From NCBI GenBank assembly GCA_045579565.1, contig JAZNML010000052.1, positions 14,194-78,193 on the forward strand: a DNA stretch of 64,000 nucleotides. Reading direction: 5' to 3'. This DNA comes from Ruminiclostridium sp. GTDB lineage: Bacteria; Bacillota; Clostridia; Oscillospirales; Ruminococcaceae. The notes under the pieces were generated by a model, which saw nothing but the letters and a program-made list of their open reading frames with translations, did no database searches and was not told the DNA's origin. Position numbers and translations under genes: made by a program. Shown here one piece after another: positions 43,877 through 53,031 of this stretch (position 1 is the first letter of the stretch; each line of letters starts with the position of its first letter).

Positions 43877-45016
43877 ATGGATTTAAACGAAATCCGTAAG
43901 GATATAGACGCTATTGACGACCAGATTGTAAAGCTTCTTGAACAACGCTCACAGCTTGCCGTTGATGTTGCAAAATACAAGAAAGAACACAACATGCAGG
44001 TAATGCAGCAGGGGCGCGAGCAATTCATTCTTGACAGAATAAAAGACGCTGTATGTGACGAAATGAAAAGCACTGCCGAAATTACCTTCACCACCATTAT
44101 GGACCTGTCAAAATGCAGACAGCACCACCTTCTTACCGAAAAGCGCGATTTTCATACCCACAAGCCAATGAGCGGCAGGCCTATTGCCGCCACCGTCACA
44201 AAGGGCAGCTATTCGGCTGTTGCATGCGACAAATTCTTTGACGGAAAATGCGACGTAACCTATGTCAAGCATTTTGAAGATGTTTTCGAGCTGGTTGAAA
44301 AGGGCGAGGTTGACTACGGTGTGCTTCCACTTGTAAACTCCACCGCAGGCGACGTTACGGCAACCTATGACCTTATGGGTAAATACAATTTCTATATCTG
44401 CAAAACCCTTGATGTTCATATTTCCCATGTTCTTGCGGCTAAGAAGGGCACAAAGCTTTCTGATGTAAAAAATGTCTTTTCTCACGAAATGGCTATCAGA
44501 CAGTGCAGCGAGTTTATAAACGAGCACGGCCTTAATTCAATTGAAGCAAGCACCACCGCAAAGGGTGCGCAGATTGTAGCTAAAACCGATGAAACAGACT
44601 GCGCAGCTATCTGCTCCTCCTTCTGTGCGGAAATGAACGGTCTTGAAATTATAGCAGATAACATTTCTGATATAAAGGACAATTACACACGCTTTATCCT
44701 GATTTCCAAACGGCTTGAAGTATCCGAAAACGCAAATGTGATTTCACTTTCCCTCACACTCCCCCACACTCCCGGCAGTCTTTACAGACTTTTAACCCGC
44801 TTCTCCTACTGCGGACTTAACCTTTCAAGAATCGAAAGTAAGCCCATGCCCAGCGGATTTGCGGATATGAAGGATGATGCATTTGATTTTATATTCTACC
44901 TTGATTTTATCGGAAGCATCAGAAACGAAGGCGTTGTAAAGCTTCTGAATAACCTGGAAGATGAAATGAAATACTACCGCTTCCTCGGAAATTACGAGAA
45001 TATAGGCGAACAGTAA
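43877..45016 (+). CDS. pheA: Bifunctional chorismate mutase / prephenate dehydratase (P-protein)
   Basis: N-terminal AroQ chorismate mutase helix (IRKDIDAIDDQIVKLLEQR), PDT domain (NYTRFILIS), C-terminal ACT domain (GSLYRLLTRF...NLSRIESKP). Confidence 0.9.
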   Translation: MDLNEIRKDIDAIDDQIVKLLEQRSQLAVDVAKYKKEHNMQVMQQGREQFILDRIKDAVCDEMKSTAEITFTTIMDLSKCRQHHLLTEKRDFHTHKPMSGRPIAATVTKGSYSAVACDKFFDGKCDVTYVKHFEDVFELVEKGEVDYGVLPLVNSTAGDVTATYDLMGKYNFYICKTLDVHISHVLAAKKGTKLSDVKNVFSHEMAIRQCSEFINEHGLNSIEASTTAKGAQIVAKTDETDCAAICSSFCAEMNGLEIIADNISDIKDNYTRFILISKRLEVSENANVISLSLTLPHTPGSLYRLLTRFSYCGLNLSRIESKPMPSGFADMKDDAFDFIFYLDFIGSIRNEGVVKLLNNLEDEMKYYRFLGNYENIGEQ

Positions 45017-45041
45017 AGATTTACCTAATATTTTTAAAAAA

Positions 45042-45077
45042 AAGACGCAAAAGACTTGTTTTTTGCGTCTTTTTATT
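45042..45077 (+). terminator. Intrinsic terminator after pheA
   Basis: aagacgcaaaa-gacttg-ttttgcgtctt followed by tttatt. Confidence 0.7.
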
Positions 45078-45155
45078 GTATAATATAATATGGTAAATTA
45101 TCATGGGGTTTTATGTGAATCCCATTACAAAAATAAACGACTGGAGGATTCTCAA

Positions 45156-46538
45156 GTGGCAAAAAAATCATTGGCTGAGATGGAGCAGGCGCTCACAGAC
45201 AGCAAGGCAAGACAAAGACTTCTCAAACTCTTTGACGAAAGTTTTGATGAGGAGGAACCCTTTGTTGAAATCAATAAGTTTGTTTCGCCCGACGGCGATA
45301 CAGCAGGAGTAATTACAGCCTGCGGAACAATTGCGGGCGTTGATGTTTACGCTTTTTCACAGGATGTTACTGTTAAGGGCGGTGCAATGAGCAAGGCCGC
45401 TGCTACCAAAATTAAAAAATTATATGATTTAGCTGTAAAGAACGGTGCACCCGTTATCGCCATTTACGACAGCAAGGGCGGTAACATCGCAGAAGGCGCA
45501 AATACATTAAAGGCTTATGCCGATATGGCTAACGCAGCTGCAAAGCTTTCCGGCGTTGTTCCTCAGATTTCCTTTGTTGCAGGTGTATGCGGCGGTGCCG
45601 CTGCTATGACAGCATGCATGGCTGATTTTGTTGTAATGACAGAAAAATCTGAATTCTTTATGACCGCTCCCTTCGTTGCAGAAGACGGCAATATGGAAGG
45701 TGCAGGCTCAGCAGCTAATGCCGCTAAGTCCGGTGTAGCCGCTATCGTTGAAAAGGACGAAGATGAAGCAATAAACAAAATTAGAGATTTAATCCGTCTC
45801 CTCCCCACCAACAATCTTGAAAAGGGTTTTTGTGACCCCTCTGATGCAAGCATCGATGAAATCACAACTTCCCTTAAAGGCATGGATATGATTAAGGCTA
45901 TCGCAAATGACCGTATTTTATTTGAGCTTTATAAGGATTTCGGAAGCTGCTCTGTTGTAGCCTTAGGCGAAATTCAGGGTATCGTAACAGGCTTTATAAC
46001 TGTTCAGGGTAAAATCACTGCCAATGACAGCGCGAAGATTGCCCGTTTCGTTTCCTTCTGCGATGCATTCTCTATCCCCGTTGTTACAATTCTTGACAGC
46101 GAAGGCTTTGACGGTGGTGTTGCCGCAGAGCTTGCAGGCAGCATAAGAGATGCAGCTAAGCTCGCACAGGTTTATATGAGTGCCACAACAGCTAAGGTAA
46201 CAGCTATCACAGGTAAGGCTTACGGTAGTGCCTACTGCGCATTTGCTCCTGCAAGTGATATAGTTATTGCTGACGAATCCGCAGCAATCAGCGTAACCTC
46301 TCCCAAGGCAGCAGTTATCTTCTTAAAGGGCGACGAGCTCAACGGTACAAACGAAGCTCAGCTTGTTGCCGACTATGAAGCAAATGAAGCTTCTCCCTTC
46401 ACTCTTGCAGGACAGGGTCAGGTTGATATGGTTGTTGAAACCGAAAATTTACGTGACGCTATCGGCGAAGCTGTTTGTATGTTAGACAGCAAAAGAGCAG
46501 GTACACCTAAGAGAAAGCACATTAATTTCGTTTATTAA
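45156..46538 (+). CDS. Carboxyltransferase subunit (acyl-CoA carboxylase beta / transcarboxylase 12S-like)
   Basis: Two crotonase-like halves with G-rich oxyanion regions (VKGGAMSKAAATKI..., GKAYGSAYCAF). GTG 45156 lies 7 nt after GGAGGA and is preferred to the track start 45090. Confidence 0.8.
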   Translation: MAKKSLAEMEQALTDSKARQRLLKLFDESFDEEEPFVEINKFVSPDGDTAGVITACGTIAGVDVYAFSQDVTVKGGAMSKAAATKIKKLYDLAVKNGAPVIAIYDSKGGNIAEGANTLKAYADMANAAAKLSGVVPQISFVAGVCGGAAAMTACMADFVVMTEKSEFFMTAPFVAEDGNMEGAGSAANAAKSGVAAIVEKDEDEAINKIRDLIRLLPTNNLEKGFCDPSDASIDEITTSLKGMDMIKAIANDRILFELYKDFGSCSVVALGEIQGIVTGFITVQGKITANDSAKIARFVSFCDAFSIPVVTILDSEGFDGGVAAELAGSIRDAAKLAQVYMSATTAKVTAITGKAYGSAYCAFAPASDIVIADESAAISVTSPKAAVIFLKGDELNGTNEAQLVADYEANEASPFTLAGQGQVDMVVETENLRDAIGEAVCMLDSKRAGTPKRKHINFVY

Positions 46539-46556
46539 TAGAAAGGATTTAAGACA

Positions 46557-46919
46557 ATGAAAAGATACAATATCACAGTAAACGGTACAGCATATGATGT
46601 AACAGTAGAAGAAGCAGACGCTTCCGCAGCTCCCGTAGCCGCAGCAGCTCCCGCTCCCAAGAAGGTAGCAGCTCCCAAGGCAGCTCCCGCAGGTGCACAG
46701 GGTGGTGTTAAGATTGAAGCTCCCATGCCCGGCACAGTTATGGACGTTAAGTTAAAGGTTGGCGATAAGGTTACAAACGGTACACCTATCGTTGTTATCG
46801 AAGCTATGAAGATGGAAAATGAAATCCCCGCTACCTGCGACGGTACAATCGCTTCCATCAACGTTAACAAGGGCGACAGCGTAAACACAGGTACACTCAT
46901 CGCTACAATCAACGCATAA
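46557..46919 (+). CDS. Biotin carboxyl carrier protein (biotinyl domain)
   Basis: Ala/Pro-rich linker and the biotinylation motif VVIEAMKMENEI. Confidence 0.9.
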   Translation: MKRYNITVNGTAYDVTVEEADASAAPVAAAAPAPKKVAAPKAAPAGAQGGVKIEAPMPGTVMDVKLKVGDKVTNGTPIVVIEAMKMENEIPATCDGTIASINVNKGDSVNTGTLIATINA

Positions 46920-46940
46920 TAAACTGAAAGGATAAATAAA

Positions 46941-48338
46941 ATGGCACAGGTTAAAGTTACCGAAACTGTTCTCCGTGACGCACATCAGTCTCTGATTGCT
47001 ACACGTATGACAATGGACGAAATGCGTCCTATTTTAAGCACAATGGACAAGGTCGGCTTCCACTCAGTAGAATGCTGGGGCGGTGCTACTTTTGACTCCT
47101 GCTTACGTTTCTTAAACGAAGATCCCTGGGAAAGACTCAGAACTATCAAGAAGGAAATGCCCAACACTAAACTCCAGATGCTTTTCCGCGGTCAGAACAT
47201 GCTTGGTTACCGCCACTACGCAGATGACGTTCTCGAATATTTCGTTCAGAAGTCTGTTGCTAACGGTATCGACATTATCCGTATCTTCGACGCTCTCAAC
47301 GATATCAGAAACCTTGAAACAGCTGTTAAGGCTGCAAAGAAGGAAGGCGCACATACTCAGATTGCTATTTCCTATACATTAGGTGATATCTTTACAACCG
47401 ACTACTATGTTGATTACGCAAAGAAGATTGAAGCTGCCGGCGCAGATTCCATCTGTATCAAGGATATGGCCGCTCTCCTTACTCCTTACGAAACAGAAAA
47501 GCTGGTTAAGGCTCTCAAAGCAAACGTAAAGATTCCGATTCAGCTTCACACACACTATACATCCGGTCTCGCTTCTATGTGCTTATTAAAGGGTATCGAA
47601 GCAGGCGTTGATATCATCGACACAGCTATGTCTCCTCTCGCTCTCGGCACATCCCACGCTCCCACAGAGTCTATGGTTGCTGCCCTCGAAGGTACAGAAT
47701 ATGATACAGGTCTCGACTTAAAGCTCCTTACAGAAATCCGTGACTACTTCATGGGTCTCAGAAAGAAGTACATTGACAGCGGCCTCCTCGACCCCAAGAT
47801 GCTTGCCGTTGACGCAAACGCACTCATCTACCAGGTTCCCGGCGGTATGCTCAGCAACCTCCTCTCCCAGCTCAAACAGGCAGGTAAGTCCGACCAGTTT
47901 GAAGAAGTGCTCAAAGAAGTTCCCAGAGTACGTGAAGACGCAGGTTTCCCGCCTCTCGTTACTCCTACATCCCAGATTGTTGGTACACAGGCTGTATTCA
48001 ACGTAATCTTAGGCGAACGCTATAAGACAGTTACAAAGGAATTCAAGGGTCTTGTAAAGGGCGAATACGGTAAGACTCCCGCTCCTATCAATCCCGAATT
48101 CCGCAAGAAAATTCTCGGTGACGAAGCTCCTATCGAATGTCGTCCCGCAGACCTTATTGCTCCTGAACTTGATAAGCTTAAAGCTGATGCAGCTAAGTGG
48201 ACAGAACAGGAAGAAGACGTTTTAAGCTACGCAATGTTCGGTCAGGTTGCTGAAAAGTTCTTTGAAAAGCGCCGCGACAAGAACAACGGTATCGACAACG
48301 TTCACGCAGACAAGACAAATAAGGTTATGCCTGTATAA
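46941..48338 (+). CDS. Pyruvate/oxaloacetate carboxyltransferase (OadA / PycB / transcarboxylase 5S-like)
   Basis: TETVLRDAHQSL, ECWGGATFD, HTHYTSGLA TIM-barrel motifs. It has no biotinyl domain of its own. Confidence 0.9.
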   Translation: MAQVKVTETVLRDAHQSLIATRMTMDEMRPILSTMDKVGFHSVECWGGATFDSCLRFLNEDPWERLRTIKKEMPNTKLQMLFRGQNMLGYRHYADDVLEYFVQKSVANGIDIIRIFDALNDIRNLETAVKAAKKEGAHTQIAISYTLGDIFTTDYYVDYAKKIEAAGADSICIKDMAALLTPYETEKLVKALKANVKIPIQLHTHYTSGLASMCLLKGIEAGVDIIDTAMSPLALGTSHAPTESMVAALEGTEYDTGLDLKLLTEIRDYFMGLRKKYIDSGLLDPKMLAVDANALIYQVPGGMLSNLLSQLKQAGKSDQFEEVLKEVPRVREDAGFPPLVTPTSQIVGTQAVFNVILGERYKTVTKEFKGLVKGEYGKTPAPINPEFRKKILGDEAPIECRPADLIAPELDKLKADAAKWTEQEEDVLSYAMFGQVAEKFFEKRRDKNNGIDNVHADKTNKVMPV

Positions 48339-48340
48339 TA

Positions 48341-48376
48341 AAAATATCGGATATGCAATTGCATATCCGATATTTT
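48341..48376. terminator. Bidirectional intrinsic terminator (perfect 16-bp palindrome)
   Basis: aaaatatcggatatgc-aatt-gcatatccgatatttt between convergent genes. Confidence 0.75.
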
Positions 48377-48377
48377 T

Positions 48378-49910
48378 TTAACCTTCCTTGTGTTTCGGTT
48401 TGGGAGCTGATGCAACTTTTTTCGCAAGTTCCAGAGACGAATATTCCTTTTCGTCACCCTGGGCATTGCTCTGTCCGTTACCTTCTCTGAGTCTTGCAAG
48501 GGCCTCCACTGATTCATTCGCCTTTTTCCTGGGAGTCTTTTCTGCCTGCGGCTCAGCCTCAATTATAAGCTCCGGCTCACCGCCTATAAACTGATTTACG
48601 CTCTTTTCCATATGCTCGTGATAACGGATAAGATATTGCTGTGCAATTTCCTTAATAGGAATATAAACAGGATCCTCAGAATCTATAATACCCTTAAATA
48701 ACTCATTTATCTTTGCATCCATTTCAAATCTGAGACGTTCAGCTACATAACGGTAGGTTGCCGCAAGGGACGGCGTATTCAGAATAGTAGTCGTAAATTC
48801 TATAAATCTGCTCTTGTCCTTGTATTGCAGGTAATTGCAGGCATAGACGATACTTTCATAATAGTTGGTAGAGATAATGACCTGGTCATTGAACTTGGTC
48901 TCTCCTGCAAGAAGGAACTGAATCTGCTCATCAGTAAGCTCGGTTATAGCGAACGTAGATGCAAGCATTTCCGCATCAGGCAGCTTCTCCATATTCTCCG
49001 CAATAATGGAAGAAATACCCTTGTTACCGCCCTTTAAGGTAATTGATTTATCTGCTTTTGAACGAATTGCGGTATAAAACTCAGGAACAGACACGCGGCG
49101 GTTAAGCAGGAAGTTTTCTACCACACTTCTGGAAATTGCTTCAAGAGGAAGCTTCGCATAAGGTGCGGATAATGCAAGGATTCTGTCCTTATCCGTAATT
49201 TCATCGTGAAGATATAAAACATCATTTACAGGCTCAATGGTTATGCAAGGGAAATCCTCGCCTCGTGCAAGGCAGGCGCAGGCATTCGCATGACCGCTGA
49301 GTAATGCCGAGAACATACCTGTTAAATGGTATGCAAGACCGCCTATTCTTCTGCCCTTCTTTACTCTTGAAGCCGCAATTGAGATATTCTTTTCACTATA
49401 CATGGAAAAGCTCTGCGTGGGAACCAGGAAAGAAGGCGAAAACACCTTATGCTTGCCCACTGCGGGAATAAGTGGCGCTGAGCCGTTAAGCTCATGACGT
49501 ACAAGATAGGCGTTCCAGAAGAAATTACCCGCACCGTCTGTCGGATAAACAGGTCCTGTATGCACCACATAAAGTCCGTCTGTAAGCATTTCAAGTACAG
49601 GCTGAATCGCCTTTGCGAGAGGGGCGCCCTCGTAGAAATACTCATCAACAACATGTTTAAGCTTTGTTCCTAACACGTTCTTACATTTATCGATAGACGA
49701 ATTCTGCCATATCTGGCGGTTTGATGTCTCATCATCAGGGCTTATTATACTGATAAGGCTTTCGCTTCCCACATAAAAGCTGCGGCGGATACTTCCGGGG
49801 GTTCTTGTGGTATCACAGATGCCGATAATACCCTTTCCGTTCACAACATTTACAAGCAGGTATTCACCCAGTATATTACGTGAGGATTCTATTGTAATTG
49901 TAGGTTTCAA
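48378..49910 (-). CDS. Hypothetical protein (510 aa), no family recognised
   Basis: Intact ORF with no TM segments. Cys/His patch SGHANACACLARGEDFPC. C-terminal ~70-aa K/E/A-rich low-complexity tail. Confidence 0.6.
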   Translation of the reverse strand: MKPTITIESSRNILGEYLLVNVVNGKGIIGICDTTRTPGSIRRSFYVGSESLISIISPDDETSNRQIWQNSSIDKCKNVLGTKLKHVVDEYFYEGAPLAKAIQPVLEMLTDGLYVVHTGPVYPTDGAGNFFWNAYLVRHELNGSAPLIPAVGKHKVFSPSFLVPTQSFSMYSEKNISIAASRVKKGRRIGGLAYHLTGMFSALLSGHANACACLARGEDFPCITIEPVNDVLYLHDEITDKDRILALSAPYAKLPLEAISRSVVENFLLNRRVSVPEFYTAIRSKADKSITLKGGNKGISSIIAENMEKLPDAEMLASTFAITELTDEQIQFLLAGETKFNDQVIISTNYYESIVYACNYLQYKDKSRFIEFTTTILNTPSLAATYRYVAERLRFEMDAKINELFKGIIDSEDPVYIPIKEIAQQYLIRYHEHMEKSVNQFIGGEPELIIEAEPQAEKTPRKKANESVEALARLREGNGQSNAQGDEKEYSSLELAKKVASAPKPKHKEG

Positions 49911-49930
49911 GTTCAGTTTGCCTCCGTTTT

Positions 49931-50794
49931 TTATTTAGCCTGAACACGACTGGCTATAAAAGAAGATATATCATTCTGGACATTTTTCGGGAACACCCTT
50001 TTGGGAATCCAGCAGATTGACTTATCCTTGCAGGTTATGACAATTGTTGTCTTAGTCTCAAAATAATGGTCGGCATTTGTCCAGGGAATAAGCTCCATAC
50101 CTGTATAAACCGTCTGTTCAACAGCCGCAAAGCCCGCATGAGCGATTACAATTGCTATTTCTTCCAGGGCTGATACATCGTGCTTTACAAAATCCGCAAA
50201 GCGAAAACGTGCAATTACACCGCTTATGAGATAAACCGCCACGGCAACACCAACACCGCTGAAAAGTGAAATGGGCAGGTAATAGAACCAGTTTGCCGCA
50301 ACATCGCCTCTGAAATACGCAAGCAGAATAAATACCGCCGCAAACACCAGCAGACCTATTGCAACTACATATTTTCCCGTACGGCTGTGCATATTTGCAA
50401 CACTTCCCGAATTAATGTCCTTTTCATTGTAACGGCAGGTTGCTGAAAAGGATTGTTCAGGTGGATCTACGGAGCAGAAATTGTATTTTGGCGGAAGTAT
50501 GCGCTGATTAAGTTTGCAATTTGTACTTTTCAGCTGCCCCTCGGCAATTGCTCTGAAACGGATAAGTTGAAGATTATCCGCAAAGCAGCTGCGGGGAATA
50601 AAATAAGATTCACCGTCACCTGTGGAAATAGTAACACCATTCTGAAGCTCAGAATATCCCTTTACATCCGACCACTCATATATCATAGGGATTTCATCCT
50701 CCATCTCATAGACAGAGAAATAATCTCCCACAAGAAATGTCTGTGCGCTCTGGCTTACATAAATTCTTTCGCCAGCCAAAGATTCAAATGCCAT
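49931..50794 (-). CDS. Hypothetical membrane protein (287 aa) with PH/YcxB-like soluble domains
   Basis: N-terminal soluble domain, two central TM helices (VVAIGLLVFAAVFILLAYF, LPISLFSGVGVAVAVYLISGVI), C-terminal soluble domain. 20-nt gap to the 510-aa gene. Confidence 0.55.
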   Translation of the reverse strand: MAFESLAGERIYVSQSAQTFLVGDYFSVYEMEDEIPMIYEWSDVKGYSELQNGVTISTGDGESYFIPRSCFADNLQLIRFRAIAEGQLKSTNCKLNQRILPPKYNFCSVDPPEQSFSATCRYNEKDINSGSVANMHSRTGKYVVAIGLLVFAAVFILLAYFRGDVAANWFYYLPISLFSGVGVAVAVYLISGVIARFRFADFVKHDVSALEEIAIVIAHAGFAAVEQTVYTGMELIPWTNADHYFETKTTIVITCKDKSICWIPKRVFPKNVQNDISSFIASRVQAK

Positions 50795-50902
50795 TGTAAC
50801 TACCGGCCTTTCATTGAAAATTTACAGTATAACAACACTATTCGTTATATCGGATAAAATCCTGAAAAATGAAGAGTTTTGTCTATTTTTGTAACAATCC
50901 AC

Positions 50903-50938
50903 AAAAAACCGCCTCTTATTCTGACACAAAAGGCGGTT
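50903..50938 (-). terminator. Intrinsic terminator after the CAP-domain gene
   Basis: Reverse strand reads aaccgcct-(15-nt loop)-aggcggtt followed by ttttttg. Confidence 0.6.
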
Positions 50939-50943
50939 TGTAT

Positions 50944-51984
50944 TTATCTTTCTTTACCGAATAACTGAACCCAGTACACCTTATCTCCGTTTCTGGTATA
51001 TGCAATTCCGATTTCGTCGTTTACATCATCAAGGATATTTTCTCTGTGGGTTTTTGAATCAATCCACATCTGAACTATGGTGTTAGCGGTATTGAGCTCT
51101 CCCACTGTAAAGCCTATATTTTCCGCTGCGTGAGCATAATCATATGATACCTCTTTAAGCACTGTTCCCCAGTTGCTGCCATCAGGACGGGTATGTATTA
51201 TTGAGTAATCACTTGCCAATAACTCATCTGCGCGGATATTTGCCGCCTTACAGAGTGTGGCATCAAGTTTAAGCTCTGAAAGTCCGTTTTCCTTACGGAA
51301 TTCATTTGTAGCTTCAAGAACTCTGAGAACTACATTACTATTGGTTATCTTTGCTGCTTCGCTCATAACCGAGCTGTCGGATACAGTTTCGACTGTAAAT
51401 GACTCGTTAAGAACAGCAGATTCTCTCAGATAAGAGCTGTAAAGCCAGTCGGTTTTCTTTGCAACCGCACGTATGGTTGCGCCTTCTTCAACAACAAAGG
51501 GACCTTCATAAACCTTAGAAGATGTAGTAGGCTTTTTTCCGTTTGTGGTGTAATAAATTACCGCATCATTCGTACCCGATGTAAGAGTAACCTCTACTCC
51601 GCCGTCAATCTCTTTGGTTGAAATTTCAGGTTTAACGCACTTTCTTTTTAGGGTAATCTTCTTACGGTCAACTTCGTTACCCTTTGCATCGTATTCAACG
51701 ATACGGACAGTAACCTTTCCGGAAGCACGCAGACGTGCTTTATAGAGTCTCGAATCCATATCCGGAGCAGAACCGTCAACCGAATAGTAGATACGGTTAC
51801 CTTCCGCACTGGGAGTAATGGTGAGATATGTATATTTTGTGGAATAAACAACCTTGCAAAGCATATTCGCATCCTCAGCGGAAGCGTTTACAGAAAAAAA
51901 CTGAGCAGAACCTAAAACCATAACAGCAGACAAAAATAAAGCTGTCACAGGACGCGCCACAGCATTCAGAAATCTTTTTAACAT
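50944..51984 (-). CDS. Secreted CAP (SCP/PR-1, YkwD-like) domain protein with two Fn3-associated/chitobiase-C-like repeats
   Basis: Signal peptide. Repeats (IYYSVDGSAPD..., IYYTTNGKKPT...). C-terminal CAP motifs (NEFRKENGL, HAAENIG, MWIDSKTHRENIL). Confidence 0.75.
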   Translation of the reverse strand: MLKRFLNAVARPVTALFLSAVMVLGSAQFFSVNASAEDANMLCKVVYSTKYTYLTITPSAEGNRIYYSVDGSAPDMDSRLYKARLRASGKVTVRIVEYDAKGNEVDRKKITLKRKCVKPEISTKEIDGGVEVTLTSGTNDAVIYYTTNGKKPTTSSKVYEGPFVVEEGATIRAVAKKTDWLYSSYLRESAVLNESFTVETVSDSSVMSEAAKITNSNVVLRVLEATNEFRKENGLSELKLDATLCKAANIRADELLASDYSIIHTRPDGSNWGTVLKEVSYDYAHAAENIGFTVGELNTANTIVQMWIDSKTHRENILDDVNDEIGIAYTRNGDKVYWVQLFGKER

Positions 51985-52180
51985 AAATGGTACCTTCCTC
52001 GACGGATATATGAAAACGATTATATCTTATATCCAAAATAACTACTTCGAGTTATATTGTAGCACAAATAAAAAATTAAAACAACCTCAAATCCATAATT
52101 TTGTAATTCATGTTAAATTTATGAGCAGATATTAGTGCAGATTAACAAAATTAAAGGTAATTTCTTCCTTCTGCATACAA

Positions 52181-52211
52181 AAATAAAAAAGCCGTACACT
52201 ATGTGTACGGC
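52181..52211 (-). terminator. Intrinsic terminator of the tRNA operon
   Basis: Reverse strand reads gccgtacac-ata-gtgtacggc followed by ttttttattttt. Confidence 0.75.
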
Positions 52212-52215
52212 TTTA

Positions 52216-52291
52216 TGGAGCGGATTACGAGGCTCGAACTCGCTACCTCCACCTTGGCAAGGTGGCGCTCTACCAGATGAGCTAAATCCGC
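52216..52291 (-). tRNA. tRNA-Gly (anticodon GCC)
   Basis: Hand-folded cloverleaf: acceptor GCGGATT/AATCCGC, anticodon stem CCACC/GGTGG, loop TTGCCAA, TTCGAGC T-loop, encoded CCA. Confidence 0.95.
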
Positions 52292-52296
52292 ATTAT

Positions 52297-52372
<76 letters not shown>

Positions 52373-52379
52373 ATCAAAT

Positions 52380-52456
52380 TGGCGACCCGGATGGGGCTCG
52401 AACCCACGACCTCTAGCGTGACAGGCTAGCGTTCTAACCAGCTGAACTACCGGGCC
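52380..52456 (-). tRNA. tRNA-Asp (anticodon GTC)
   Basis: GGCCCGGTAGTTCAGCTGGTTAGAACGCTAGCCTGTCACGCTAG... Loop CTGTCAC, encoded CCA. Confidence 0.95.
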
Positions 52457-52460
52457 AATT

Positions 52461-52536
52461 TGGTGGGAGTTACAGGGCTCGAACCTGTGACCCTCTGCTT
52501 GTAAGGCAGATGCTCTCCCAGCTGAGCTAAACTCCC
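52461..52536 (-). tRNA. tRNA-Val (anticodon TAC)
   Basis: GGGAGTTTAGCTCAGCTGGGAGAGCATCTGCCTTACAAGCAGA... Loop CTTACAA, encoded CCA. Confidence 0.95.
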
Positions 52537-52575
52537 ATGTCCTCTATCAAGGTTTCCCTCGCTGACGACTATTAG

Positions 52576-52604
52576 AGTATACTACATTTAAGGACAAAAG
52601 TCAA
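52576..52604 (-). promoter_or_regulatory. Sigma-70 promoter of the tRNA operon
   Basis: Reverse strand reads TTGACT-17 nt-TATACT, about 40 nt upstream of tRNA-Val. Confidence 0.55.
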
Positions 52605-52755
52605 TAGATTTTTTTAAAAAATTTATCTTTTGTACTTTTTTAATATTTATTTTCAACAGAAATTTCAAAAATTATTCATTTCGTTGAGGAATACCGCCGG
52701 CATACCAGGATATAATAAAATTGAAAGCATTGCTTTCGGAAAGGAATGAAAACAG

Positions 52756-52959
52756 ATGATTGACAAAATTGCATTATTTATTCTCTTGATCGGCGGTATC
52801 AACTGGGGTCTTGTAGGCTTATTTGATTTCGACCTGGTTGCATGGCTTTTCGGACCGCTGAGCGTTTTAAGCAGGATTGTTTACATTCTTGTTGCACTCT
52901 CAGCTCTCTGGTGCATTTCCCTTTATTTCAAACGAAATGAGCTTGTCCACGCTGATTAA
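52756..52959 (+). CDS. DUF378 domain membrane protein
   Basis: 67 aa. LLIGGINWGLVGLFDFDLVAWLFG signature. Confidence 0.8.
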   Translation: MIDKIALFILLIGGINWGLVGLFDFDLVAWLFGPLSVLSRIVYILVALSALWCISLYFKRNELVHAD

Positions 52960-53031
52960 CGGAGACATCTTTTACTACGGGTGCGTATAATTTACGGAGA
53001 AAATCCTGATAACAGGATTTTCGCCGTTCTG

